From a bacterium (GTDB taxonomy: Bacteria; SAR324; XYD2-FULL-50-16), in the NCBI GenBank assembly GCA_032250835.1, contig JAVVEA010000013.1, forward strand, positions 5,662 to 69,661: a stretch of 64,000 bases of DNA, in the 5' to 3' direction. The notes beneath the pieces are model-generated. The model saw only the letters and a program-made list of their open reading frames with translations, searched no databases and was not told the origin of the DNA. Made by a program: the position numbers and the translations under genes. This document shows, in pieces, positions 19,364-28,777 of the stretch; positions within the stretch are counted from its first letter, which is position 1; every line of letters starts with the position of its first letter.

Positions 19364-20377
19364 ATGCGGTCATTTTTGATTTTAACGGCTTTAGGCGTCG
19401 GGTTTTTGTTGCTGGCGGTGGATTTATTGTTCATCGGCGGGATGGAGCGCCTCGTCGAAGCTTCGCTCTCGCCCCAGCGGCCCGAACAACGCAATGCTTT
19501 ACTGATCGGCGCAAACCCCTGGCCGGGGTATGAACCGCTTTTTTTGGCCCGTGATCAGGGCCACTTTAAGCCCGACCAAGTCTCATTAGTGGAATATCCC
19601 TCAGCGACTTTGGTGATCAAAGCGCTGCGCAATGGCGCGATCAACGGGGCCGCGCTTACGCTGGATGAAGTAATGCAGCTACGCGAAACGGCCGTTCCGA
19701 TTCAGTTGGTGGCTTTATTGGACTATTCTAACGGTGGTGACGCCATCTTAGCTCGGCCCCAATACCCTGATTTAAGTTCCCTTAAGGGGCGCAATATTGG
19801 GTTTGAAAACTCCGCTCTAGGCGGGTTTTTCTTCTCCCGTGCGTTAGACTTAATGGGCCTCAAACAAGAAGACTTTCGGATGGTTCCTATGCAGGTGGAC
19901 GAACATGCACAGGCCTATTCGGAGGCAAAGGTCGATGCCGTAGTGACCTTCGACCCCCACCGGACCCATCTAATCCAACTGGGGGCCAAAGAAATATTTA
20001 ATTCTAGCCAAATTCCCGGTGAGATCGTCGATGTCTTGGCGGTGCGGCAATCCTTTATAAAAGAACATCCCGAACAAGTGCAGGCGTTGGTGGACGGCTG
20101 GTTTGAGGGGTTACGCTACCTGCGTGAACAGCGAGAACCAGCCATGGCGGCCATTGCACAGCGACTGTCGCTCAGTAAACCTGCGACCGAAGCCGCCTAC
20201 CGGGGGATAGAGTTCCCCAGCCGGTCCGAAAGCTTATCGGCCTTTAGCGGCCAACCTTCGGAGTTCGAAAGCCGGGCCCAGCGGCTTTTTGATTATATGC
20301 GTCACCATAACCTGCTTTCGCGGCCCGTCGATCTGAGCGGACTGGTCGAGACCAGATTTATCAAAAACGCCCCATGA
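19364..20377 (+). CDS. SsuA/THI5(NMT1)-like substrate-binding protein
   Basis: N-terminal hydrophobic anchor; WPGYEP, DYSNGGDAI, LKGRNIG, VDAVVTFDP, IPGEIVDVL. Confidence 0.85.
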   Translation: MRSFLILTALGVGFLLLAVDLLFIGGMERLVEASLSPQRPEQRNALLIGANPWPGYEPLFLARDQGHFKPDQVSLVEYPSATLVIKALRNGAINGAALTLDEVMQLRETAVPIQLVALLDYSNGGDAILARPQYPDLSSLKGRNIGFENSALGGFFFSRALDLMGLKQEDFRMVPMQVDEHAQAYSEAKVDAVVTFDPHRTHLIQLGAKEIFNSSQIPGEIVDVLAVRQSFIKEHPEQVQALVDGWFEGLRYLREQREPAMAAIAQRLSLSKPATEAAYRGIEFPSRSESLSAFSGQPSEFESRAQRLFDYMRHHNLLSRPVDLSGLVETRFIKNAP

Positions 20378-22812
20378 CGCGAAGCAAGGTTTTACTGCCG
20401 TTGCGCTTGAGCATTCCCACGGCTCTATTGCTCTTTACGGTCCTGCTGTCTATTTGGAGCGTCCAATATAACGGGCGCAAAACCACACAAAAGGTAGAGA
20501 CCAACGCATCGGTGGCGTTGACCAAACTGATGACCCGGCTCCAAATCACCCTTGAACATGCCTACAGCCGCGGTGACCATACCTTGGTGCAGCGTGAGGT
20601 GAGTGGTTTGGCCTCGGAATTGGACTTTAAATATATCCTGCTGTTTGACGACAAGGGGCAAATCTTAGCCTCTTCTCGTATCGCCCATATCGGCCATAGT
20701 TTCATCACCAAGCTAGAATCCCTCTCTGAGCAAGAACGGAAAATGGTTTTCTCGCACTTAAGCGAAGTGCGGCGCACTCAGGCGGGGCACGTTTATTTAG
20801 GGGAACTCAAGCAGTATTTAGTGGGCATCTATCCCATTATTTTAGGCAACCAACCGCAAAAGCTACGCGAACCCATCCGGGGCTTTTTGTTGATCTTCCA
20901 AGACCTAAAAAGCCAAAAGGACGAGGCCCTACAGGCCGTCTACCGGCAGGTGCTGCAATTTAGCGTGATTTTGGGGCTGTTGATTATTGGGTTGGGGATC
21001 TTTTTTGATCAGATCGTCTCGCGGCGGATCAACCGCATTGTTGCGGTCACCCACCAGGTCGGCAGAGGGGACTATTCGGTGCGTACGGGCCTAGGCGGGC
21101 GCGACGAGATCGGCCTGTTGGCGGCGGCGGTGGACGAGATGGTCCAATCGCGCCAAGGGGCTGAGGAAATGCTGCACAAGCTCAACCGGGCGGTGGAGCA
21201 AAGCCCCGTTTCGGTGGTGGTGACCGATTTGGCGGCCAATATTGAATACATAAACCCAAGGGTCACCGAAATCACCGGCTACCAGCCCGAAGAGTTGTTG
21301 GGCAAAAATCCCCGGCTTTTTAAGTCCGGGCACCACGACAACGCCTTTTACCAGAAAATCTGGAACGAGTTGACCGCCGGACGCCAATGGCGCGGTGAGT
21401 TGCTCAACCGCAAAAAGAACGGTGAACACTTCTGGGAATCCACCACCCTGTCCCCGGTTTTTGATGATTCAGGGCGGATCATCAATTATTTGGGGGTTAA
21501 AGAAGACATCACCTTACAAAAACAACGGGACGACGAACTACAAAAGGCCCGCTTTGAAGCCGAGGCGGCCAACCTCGCCAAGACCAACTTCCTGGCCACG
21601 ATGAGCCACGAGTTGCGCACGCCCATGAATGGCATTTTGGGGATGGGGCAAATCTTAGAAGGTGACGAACAGGACCCGGAAAAACGCGCCATGTTGCAGG
21701 TGATGCTTAGCTCTAGTCGGGCTTTGGTGCAGGTCTTAGACGAGATCTTGGATATCAGCCGGATTGAGGCGCGGCAGTTGAACTCCGAACAAAAGCTGGT
21801 AGACCTGCATAATCTATTAGAAAACCTGCAGCAGATGTTTTCGGCCAGTGCGCAGGCCAAACATTTAGATTGGATCGTGGAGACCCACCGGATCGGGACG
21901 CCCCGGGTAATGGGGGATGCTTCGTTGATCACCAAGGTGTTGTCTAATCTGGTGGGCAACGCCATCAAATTCACGCCTCAGGGCTCGGTCCGTCTGACGG
22001 CGCGCAACGTAACCTATCGGGGCGGCGCGGGTATGCGCTTTGAGGTCGCCGATACGGGCGTGGGGATTCCGGCCAGTAAGTTGGGCCTGATTTTTAAGAG
22101 CTTCACGCAGGCAGACAGCAGTAGCACCCGCCGTTTTGGTGGCGTCGGCTTGGGTCTGTCGATCACCCAAAGCTTGGTGCGCTTGATGGGCGGCGAAGTG
22201 GGGGTTCAGAGCCGTGAAGGCCAGGGCAGCCTCTTTTGGTTCGAGATCCCCGCACCGCCCGAAGACAATCCCCACAGCGCCAGTAAGGTCTTTGACCCCA
22301 GTTATCAACCACCAACTCAGGCAGCGCAACCTTCCTTAAACGAATTCCATGGGGTACTGCCGAAAAACCGCGAAACACCCGAACCAGCCCTACCGAAACC
22401 TAAACTTAAACAAAAGGCCCAGCACAGCGAGCGCAAGCACCGGATTTTGGTGGTAGAAGATGACTCGATCAACGCTTCGGTGATCCGGCGGATTTTGACC
22501 TTAAACCACTATCAAGTCCTTGAGGCGGGCAATGGGCGGATTGCCTTGGAGCTACTCGAACATGAGTCGGTGGACTTGATCTTGATGGACTGTTTGATGC
22601 CCGTTTTAGACGGCTTCAAAGCCACCAGGTTGATCCGCGAGCGCGAAACAAAAAACCAACAGCCACGCTTGCCCATCATCGCGGTGACCGCCAAGGCGAT
22701 GGACGAAGATAAGGCCCTCTGTCTCGATGCGGGCATGGATGACTACCTGACCAAGCCCATTGAAATGCGCCAGCTGATCAAGAGCATCCAAAATTTTCTA
22801 GGAGAGCCTTAG
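20374..22812 (+). CDS. Hybrid sensor histidine kinase (TM-HAMP-PAS-HisKA-HATPase-REC)
   Basis: HAMP (DEIGLLA), PAS (AVEQSP..TGYQPEELLGKNPR), MSHELRTPMN, NAIKFT, REC LILMDCLMP; overlaps upstream gene by 4 bp. Confidence 0.93.
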   Translation: MTRSKVLLPLRLSIPTALLLFTVLLSIWSVQYNGRKTTQKVETNASVALTKLMTRLQITLEHAYSRGDHTLVQREVSGLASELDFKYILLFDDKGQILASSRIAHIGHSFITKLESLSEQERKMVFSHLSEVRRTQAGHVYLGELKQYLVGIYPIILGNQPQKLREPIRGFLLIFQDLKSQKDEALQAVYRQVLQFSVILGLLIIGLGIFFDQIVSRRINRIVAVTHQVGRGDYSVRTGLGGRDEIGLLAAAVDEMVQSRQGAEEMLHKLNRAVEQSPVSVVVTDLAANIEYINPRVTEITGYQPEELLGKNPRLFKSGHHDNAFYQKIWNELTAGRQWRGELLNRKKNGEHFWESTTLSPVFDDSGRIINYLGVKEDITLQKQRDDELQKARFEAEAANLAKTNFLATMSHELRTPMNGILGMGQILEGDEQDPEKRAMLQVMLSSSRALVQVLDEILDISRIEARQLNSEQKLVDLHNLLENLQQMFSASAQAKHLDWIVETHRIGTPRVMGDASLITKVLSNLVGNAIKFTPQGSVRLTARNVTYRGGAGMRFEVADTGVGIPASKLGLIFKSFTQADSSSTRRFGGVGLGLSITQSLVRLMGGEVGVQSREGQGSLFWFEIPAPPEDNPHSASKVFDPSYQPPTQAAQPSLNEFHGVLPKNRETPEPALPKPKLKQKAQHSERKHRILVVEDDSINASVIRRILTLNHYQVLEAGNGRIALELLEHESVDLILMDCLMPVLDGFKATRLIRERETKNQQPRLPIIAVTAKAMDEDKALCLDAGMDDYLTKPIEMRQLIKSIQNFLGEP

Positions 22813-22826
22813 GTTCTTGTCCGGCT

Positions 22827-23438
22827 CTAGGGCTGACGCTGCCAAAGGGTGAATAAATAACGCTGTTCGGTGCCGCCGGGGGTCCGGTGCAGCCAAGGGC
22901 GCTGGTCGATCAAGCTGAATTCCTCGCCTAGCAGCGCCGAGAGGCTCTGCAAGCTATGGCGCACCACCGGTAGGCCACTGCACTGCTCGGGTCCATCGGG
23001 CGCAAATCCCGCCAACATCACCCGCCCTCCGGGTAATAATACCTTCCGGACTTGGTTCATGTACATTTGTTGCTGCGCCGGGTCCGTCAGGAAGTGCAGG
23101 GCCGCCCGGTCATGCCAGAAGCGGTAGCGGCCATGTAGCGGCAAATCTAAAATATTTCCTTGAACCATACGGAACTTGGGTGCCCTCTCGCCCAACCGGG
23201 CTTGGATTTTGTCTAAGGCAGCTTGGGATAGGTCCACGAAGGTGGCCTGTTCAAAGCCCTTAGCCGCCAGCTGGTCGGCCAAAAAGGCGCAGCCCGCACC
23301 GATGTCGATCAAAGGTTGGTCCTCTTGGGGCGACCCGATCCATTCCAATTCCATGGCCGGTTCAGCTTGGTACCAACCTAGCTGCTCAAAGTCTTTTTGC
23401 AAGTAGATATTTTCCCAATGTTGTCTGACTGATTCCAT
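22827..23438 (-). CDS. Class I SAM-dependent methyltransferase
   Basis: HWENIY, IDIGAG, DLSQAAL, WHDRAALHFL, GPEQCSGLPV. Confidence 0.88.
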   Translation of the reverse strand: MESVRQHWENIYLQKDFEQLGWYQAEPAMELEWIGSPQEDQPLIDIGAGCAFLADQLAAKGFEQATFVDLSQAALDKIQARLGERAPKFRMVQGNILDLPLHGRYRFWHDRAALHFLTDPAQQQMYMNQVRKVLLPGGRVMLAGFAPDGPEQCSGLPVVRHSLQSLSALLGEEFSLIDQRPWLHRTPGGTEQRYLFTLWQRQP

Positions 23439-23724
23439 TTTGTGTAGCCTATGGGTTGCTGTTTGGTTTTTTGGGGGTAGCTTGGACTAGATTTTGGCAA
23501 ACTGGCAATTCATAACGCTGTTTGCTTTTTTTGTTGGTCGGGCTATACCATTAACTGATAAGCCTTAAGAGAAGATTTGGTAACGACGATTGGCGGGAGT
23601 TCCAAAAAAAAACGGGCTCTTTGCAAAAAATTATTGTAATTTTATATCGTTATATTAGAATATACCAAATCTTTTATCAGGGAACTGTTTTACTTTATCT
23701 TTTCAACCCATAACGAGAGGAATC

Positions 23725-24060
23725 ATGAGCTTCGAAGTCAACGGAAAGACCATCGAGACGGACGAGGATGGATATTTAAAGGATATGACCGAGTGGTCAA
23801 AGGAAGCGGCTGAATACCTAGCTAAGTCCGAGGACGTGGACATGACCGAAGCCCACTGGGACTTGGTTGACTTCCTCCGCGACTATTACGCGCAGTACCA
23901 AATCGCCCCGATGGTCAAAATCCTGACCAAGGAAATTGCCAAGAAAAACGGGATTGAGAAAAAAGAAGCCTCTAAGATGCTTTATGATCTCTTCCCCGCT
24001 GGCCCGGCCAAGCAGGCCTGTAAGATCGCCGGTCTGCCCAAGCCTACCGGCTGCGTCTAA
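23725..24060 (+). CDS. dsrC: Sulfur carrier protein DsrC
   Basis: TDEDGYL, HWDLVDFLRDYY, C-terminal ACKIAGLPKPTGCV with both conserved cysteines. Confidence 0.95.
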   Translation: MSFEVNGKTIETDEDGYLKDMTEWSKEAAEYLAKSEDVDMTEAHWDLVDFLRDYYAQYQIAPMVKILTKEIAKKNGIEKKEASKMLYDLFPAGPAKQACKIAGLPKPTGCV

Positions 24061-24096
24061 ATCGAAGGGGTATTTCCTTTTCGAATTAACCAAAAG

Positions 24097-24126
24097 GGAG
24101 TTTCGGGCTGGCTCGCCCGAAACTCC
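24097..24126 (+). other. 12-bp stem-loop between dsrC and dsrA
   Basis: GGAGTTTCGGGC-TGGCTC-GCCCGAAACTCC, without a U-tract. Confidence 0.6.
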
Positions 24127-24146
24127 TCTCTCAATTAGGAGTGAGC

Positions 24147-25379
24147 ATGTCGAACCAAGCGAACCAGAACAGCGAAACGCCTCTGTTGGATGAACTCTTA
24201 AAAGGTCGTTGGCCCAGCTTCGTTAAAGAAATGAAGGATATGGCCGAGACCAAGCCGATGGTGCGGGACGTACTTCGCCAACTGGAAAAGTCCTATGTAG
24301 ACAAGAAAACCCACTGGAAGCACGGGGGTATTGTCGGTGTTAAGGGCTACGGCGGCGGGATTATCGGCCGTTACTCGGACTCTCCGGATGAATTCCCCGG
24401 TGCAGCCCACTTCCACACTGTCCGCGTCAACCAACCGGCAGGGTGGTTCTACTCTACTCAGGCCTTAAATGACCTGTGCGACATCTTTGAAAAATACGGT
24501 TCGGGCCTGACCAACATGCACGGCTCCACCGGCGACATCATCTTGCTGGGGACCACCACCGACGAATTGGAACCGATTTTTTCGGCTTTGACCGAAAAGG
24601 GTTGGGACTTAGGTGGTTCCGGATCGGCACTGCGAACTCCTTCTTGCTGCGTGGGACCGGCTCGGTGCGAGTGGGCCATGTTTGACTGTCTGGACCTGTG
24701 CCACGACCTCACCCACCACTACCAAGACGAAATCCACCGCCCCGCCTTCCCTTATAAATTTAAGATCAAAGTTTCGGGCTGCCCGAACGACTGCGTCTCG
24801 GCGATTGCCCGCGCGGACTTCTCGGTGATCGGTACCTGGAAAGACCATATCCAGGTCAACGACGAAGAGATGACCAACTACGTCAAGGCTGGTCGCAACC
24901 CGATCAACGATGCCGTATTGCTCTGCCCGACCCGCGCCATTGAGTGGGACGGCCAGAAGATCGCCATCGACAACGAAAACTGCGTGCGCTGTATGCAGTG
25001 CATCAACGCCTACCCCAAGGCATTGCACCCCGGCAAAGAACGCGGCGCCACGATCCTTTTGGGTGCTAAGGCTCCGATCGTCCAGGGCGCTTTGTTTAGC
25101 TCTGTTTTGATTCCCTTCATGGAAATCGAGGCTCCTTACGACGACGTTAAAGACCTGTTAGAGCGCATCTGGGACGTCTGGGACGACCACGGCGAAAACA
25201 AAGAGCGGATTGGTGAATTGGTTGAGCGTATGGGTAAAGGTGAGTTCTTGGAGCGCATCGGCGTTGAGCCCGATGTTCAGATGGTGATCCATCCTCGCGA
25301 GAACCCTTACGTCTTCTACGACGAGTATTACGAAGAAGTAGACGAGCCCCAAGCTGGCGACGAACTGGTCGGCAAGTAA
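24147..25379 (+). CDS. dsrA: Dissimilatory sulfite reductase alpha subunit (reductive-type motifs)
   Basis: [33 protein letters not shown], siroheme motifs CVGPARC and GCPNDC; ATG after AGGAG. Confidence 0.97.
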   Translation: MSNQANQNSETPLLDELLKGRWPSFVKEMKDMAETKPMVRDVLRQLEKSYVDKKTHWKHGGIVGVKGYGGGIIGRYSDSPDEFPGAAHFHTVRVNQPAGWFYSTQALNDLCDIFEKYGSGLTNMHGSTGDIILLGTTTDELEPIFSALTEKGWDLGGSGSALRTPSCCVGPARCEWAMFDCLDLCHDLTHHYQDEIHRPAFPYKFKIKVSGCPNDCVSAIARADFSVIGTWKDHIQVNDEEMTNYVKAGRNPINDAVLLCPTRAIEWDGQKIAIDNENCVRCMQCINAYPKALHPGKERGATILLGAKAPIVQGALFSSVLIPFMEIEAPYDDVKDLLERIWDVWDDHGENKERIGELVERMGKGEFLERIGVEPDVQMVIHPRENPYVFYDEYYEEVDEPQAGDELVGK

Positions 25380-25408
25380 AACCCAACGCTTAAGAAAAGG
25401 ATTTAACG

Positions 25409-26479
25409 ATGAATGCAAGAAAGACCGATATCGGATGTCCCGATTACAAGCAGTTTCTGCCGCCCACCGTTTTAAACAACTACGGCAAGTGGCTTTGGCA
25501 CGAAACCCCCCGCCCCGGTGTGATGCTTCACGCCGCTGAGTCGGGCGACAAACTTTGGACGGTACGCGTAGGCAGCCCCCGGTTGTTGAGCGTCAAGTCG
25601 TTGCGCTACTTTACCGCCATTGCGGACAAGTATTGCGACGGTTATCTGCGCTTTACCAGCCGCTCGAACGTGGAGTTCATGACCCCGACCGAAGCGAATG
25701 TTGAGCCGATGATCAAAGACCTCGAAGCGGAAGGCTGGCCCGTTGGTGGTACCGCCAACTCGGCTTCAAACGTGATCCACACCCAAGGTTGGGTGCATTG
25801 CCATACCTCGGCTACCGATGCCTCGGGTTTGGTTAAGTGTCTGATGGATGACCTCTATGAAGACTTCACGCACCACAGCCTTCCGGGCCGTATGAAGCTG
25901 GCTGTGGCCTGCTGCTTGAACATGTGCGGCGCCGTGCATGCTTCGGATATTGCCGTTTTGGGTATCCACCGCCGCCCGCCCCAGGTCCAGAAAGAAAACT
26001 TGCCCAAGTACTGCGAAGTACCGACCACCATCGCCGCTTGCCCCACCGGTGCTATCCGTGCGGACATCGTCGACGGCGAGAAGACCCTGACGGTAAACGA
26101 GTCGCAGTGTATGTACTGCGGTGCTTGTTATACCGCTTGCCCCAAGATGCCGATTGCTGACCCCGTCAACGACGGTCTGTCGATTTGGGTTGGTGGTAAG
26201 TGCGCCAACGCCCGTTCGGAACCCCGTTTCACCAAAATGGTGGTTCCCTTTATCCCGAACAATCCCCCTCGTTGGCCCGAAGTGGTCGAGGCTGTTCGGA
26301 CCATCGTTGACGTGTACAAAGAATATGGCAAACCCTGGGAACGCTTGGCCGACATGATCGACCGGATCGGTTGGGCTCGCTTCTTCAAGCTCACTGGATT
26401 TGAGTTCACCAAATATCACATCGATGATTACAAATTGGCGACCAAGTCTTACAACGCATCAACCCACTTAAGGTTTTAA
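25409..26479 (+). CDS. dsrB: Dissimilatory sulfite reductase beta subunit
   Basis: TDIG, NYGKW, CDGYLRFTSR, HTQGWVHCH, CCLNMCGAVH, CMYCGACYTAC, PNNPPRWPE. Confidence 0.97.
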   Translation: MNARKTDIGCPDYKQFLPPTVLNNYGKWLWHETPRPGVMLHAAESGDKLWTVRVGSPRLLSVKSLRYFTAIADKYCDGYLRFTSRSNVEFMTPTEANVEPMIKDLEAEGWPVGGTANSASNVIHTQGWVHCHTSATDASGLVKCLMDDLYEDFTHHSLPGRMKLAVACCLNMCGAVHASDIAVLGIHRRPPQVQKENLPKYCEVPTTIAACPTGAIRADIVDGEKTLTVNESQCMYCGACYTACPKMPIADPVNDGLSIWVGGKCANARSEPRFTKMVVPFIPNNPPRWPEVVEAVRTIVDVYKEYGKPWERLADMIDRIGWARFFKLTGFEFTKYHIDDYKLATKSYNASTHLRF

Positions 26480-26481
26480 TC

Positions 26482-26727
26482 ATGGCAGTCGATGTTCAAA
26501 CAGTAGCCGACGACATGTTGGCAATGGTCACCGAGGCCGCCGGCAAGAAACGCTACAAGCCCGGAGATCTCAGCAAGGCAATGATCGTCAAATACGGTGA
26601 CGAGCTGAGCAAGCGCGATTGCAAAGACGCGATCAAGATCTTGGTGGATTCGGAGAAGTTGGTTTACACCTACTTCAACGGTACCTGGCTTGAGCTTCCC
26701 CACGAGGAAGGCTCCGCCAAGGCGTAA
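26482..26727 (+). CDS. dsrD: DsrD-like protein
   Basis: 81 aa immediately after dsrB; KKRYKPGDL...KDAIKILVDSEKLVYTYFNGT winged-helix-like pattern. Confidence 0.8.
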   Translation: MAVDVQTVADDMLAMVTEAAGKKRYKPGDLSKAMIVKYGDELSKRDCKDAIKILVDSEKLVYTYFNGTWLELPHEEGSAKA

Positions 26728-26836
26728 TCCGCCTTTTGGGGGAGGGCTCCCTCCCCACCGCTTTGGCCGCCTCCCTTAAGCCGGGGAGGCGGTCCTCAAA
26801 AAATATAGATACGAACTTTTCAACAGGGGGTTCGCA

Positions 26837-27196
26837 ATGTTCACGATTACCGAAAAAGCGGCAGCGAAATTCAACGAGTCGCTCCAACAAATCGGCGAAG
26901 AAGGTCTAATTCTGCGTCTGAGCGCGCGCCGCCATCCTGACCACGGCATTGTCTACAACATGGGCTTTGACCGCCTCAACATCGAAGAAGAAACCCTTGA
27001 GGTTGCGGGTATTAAGGTCTGTTGTGACGAAGAATCCCAGTCCAATACCAACGGCATGGTGATCGATTTTGGCGAGCATGAAGGCATCGAGCAGTTCATC
27101 TTCATGAACCCCAACGATGGCGACCAGGCCGATCCTGAATCCTGCGGCTCTACGGCGGGTTCTTCGAGCTGCGGCACTGGATGCAGCTGTGGGTAG
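26837..27196 (+). CDS. dsrR: DsrR (IscA/HesB-like) with Cys-rich tail
   Basis: MFTITEKAA, LRLSARRHPD.GI.YNMGFD and FIFMNPND resemble Allochromatium DsrR as recalled; lies inside the dsr cluster. Confidence 0.75.
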   Translation: MFTITEKAAAKFNESLQQIGEEGLILRLSARRHPDHGIVYNMGFDRLNIEEETLEVAGIKVCCDEESQSNTNGMVIDFGEHEGIEQFIFMNPNDGDQADPESCGSTAGSSSCGTGCSCG

Positions 27197-27203
27197 TGTG
27201 ACC

Positions 27204-27719
27204 ATGGATTTAGAACAAATCCTGATTGAGCAGCAGGAATCTCTGCTGGATCAATGGTTAGAGGCGGTCTTCCACCTCTACCCAGAAGGGTCTTGGCGCT
27301 ACCTCAAAAAGAACAAAAGCTTTTTCACCAATCCCTTGGGCCACACCCTGGCCGAAGGGTTGCGCGGACTTTATGCCCAGTTACTAGAGGGCACCGACGC
27401 CGACAAGCTGGCTCCCCTGCTGGACCAGATCATCCGCGTCTTGGCGGTCCAAGAACTGGCCCCCAGTCAAGCGCTCAGCTTTTTGTATATGCTCAAGCGG
27501 ATTGTGCGCGGTCGGGCCAAAGAAGCGGGTCTAACGCCCGGCGACGATCAGTTGATCGGCTTTGACTCCCTGATCGACCAATTGGTCCGTATGAGTTTCG
27601 ATGTGTACGTCAAGTGCCGTGAGGATCTCTTCAAACTGCAAGTGCAGGAACAACAGATCCAAACCCAAAGCTTGATCAAATTAGCCAACAACCGGTTTAA
27701 GGCCGACGGACAACTCTAA
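27204..27719 (+). CDS. dsrT: DsrT (RsbRD N-terminal domain family)
   Basis: FTNPLGHTL, IIRVLAVQELAPSQALSFL, FDVYVKCRE; directly upstream of dsrM. Confidence 0.85.
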   Translation: MDLEQILIEQQESLLDQWLEAVFHLYPEGSWRYLKKNKSFFTNPLGHTLAEGLRGLYAQLLEGTDADKLAPLLDQIIRVLAVQELAPSQALSFLYMLKRIVRGRAKEAGLTPGDDQLIGFDSLIDQLVRMSFDVYVKCREDLFKLQVQEQQIQTQSLIKLANNRFKADGQL

Positions 27720-27735
27720 ACGCAAGGTACGAGCT

Positions 27736-28743
27736 GTGAGAATTCTCATCCCTCTGGTGGCGACCCTGATTCTGGCCGCTATCGCCTACGGTGGTGCGCA
27801 AGCCGGTCTCTATGGGATCTTTGGCGTGGCCATCCCCTACTTGGCCTTTGTGGTCTTTGTACTGGGCTTTTCTTATAAGATCATCGCCTGGGCGAAGGTC
27901 CCGGTCCCCTTCGCGATCCAGACCACCTGTGGTCAGGGCAAATCGCTGGATTGGATCAAGAACAACGAATTAGAAGCCCCCAGCAGCCGCCTGGGCGTGG
28001 TACTGCGCATGGCGCTGGAAGTGTTGCTCTTCCGCAGCCTCTTCCGTAACACTATGGCAACGCTGCAAACCAAAGAGGGCGAGGCCACTCCCGAATTGAC
28101 CTATGAATCCGACAAAAGCCTCTGGCTTTTTGGTCTGATTTTCCATTGGTCCTTTCTGTTGATCTTCTTGCGGCACTACCGGTTCTTCTTAGAGCCCGTC
28201 CCCTTCTTTGTGCCTGCCTTAGAGGCCATTGACGGCATGATGCAAATCACGCTGCCCGCCTTTTACCTGACCGATCTTTTGATACTCTTAGGGGTCACCG
28301 CGCTCTTTGTGCGCCGAGTGATCAGCCCGAAGATGCGCTTCTTGTCGCTCCCGGCGGACTATTTCCCCTTGATCCTGATTGGCGCGATTGCCCTGACCGG
28401 GATGGGGATGCGTTATCACGCCAAGGTGGACATCGCTAAGGTCAAGACCCATATCCAAGGCCTGATGACCTTCAACCCCGGTGCCACGGATATGCAGATT
28501 GGGGCTATCTTTTACGTACACCTCTTTTTGGTGTGCGTATTGGCCATGTACTTCCCCTTTTCTAAGTTGATGCACATGGGCGGAGTGTTTTTTAGCCCCA
28601 CGCGGAACATGCGTAACGACAGCCGGGCAAGAAGGCACATCAACCCCTGGAACCCAGAAATCAAGATCCGCACCTACGCGGCTTACGAAGACGACTTCCG
28701 AGATAAGATGCGGGCTGCGGGCCTGCCGTTAGATAAGGAATAG
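27736..28743 (+). CDS. dsrM: DsrM membrane cytochrome b
   Basis: PVPFAIQTTCGQ, EVLLFRSLFRN, FHWSF..RH, HLFLV..YFPFSKLMH; multiple TM helices. Confidence 0.95.
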   Translation: MRILIPLVATLILAAIAYGGAQAGLYGIFGVAIPYLAFVVFVLGFSYKIIAWAKVPVPFAIQTTCGQGKSLDWIKNNELEAPSSRLGVVLRMALEVLLFRSLFRNTMATLQTKEGEATPELTYESDKSLWLFGLIFHWSFLLIFLRHYRFFLEPVPFFVPALEAIDGMMQITLPAFYLTDLLILLGVTALFVRRVISPKMRFLSLPADYFPLILIGAIALTGMGMRYHAKVDIAKVKTHIQGLMTFNPGATDMQIGAIFYVHLFLVCVLAMYFPFSKLMHMGGVFFSPTRNMRNDSRARRHINPWNPEIKIRTYAAYEDDFRDKMRAAGLPLDKE

Positions 28744-28777
28744 CCCCAACCCAACGCAAGCCTACAAGGTAGAGGAA

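Noticed and set aside
23439-23724. Search for Rex or sigma54 sites upstream of dsrC
   Set aside because: The region is AT-rich but has no convincing match to either consensus
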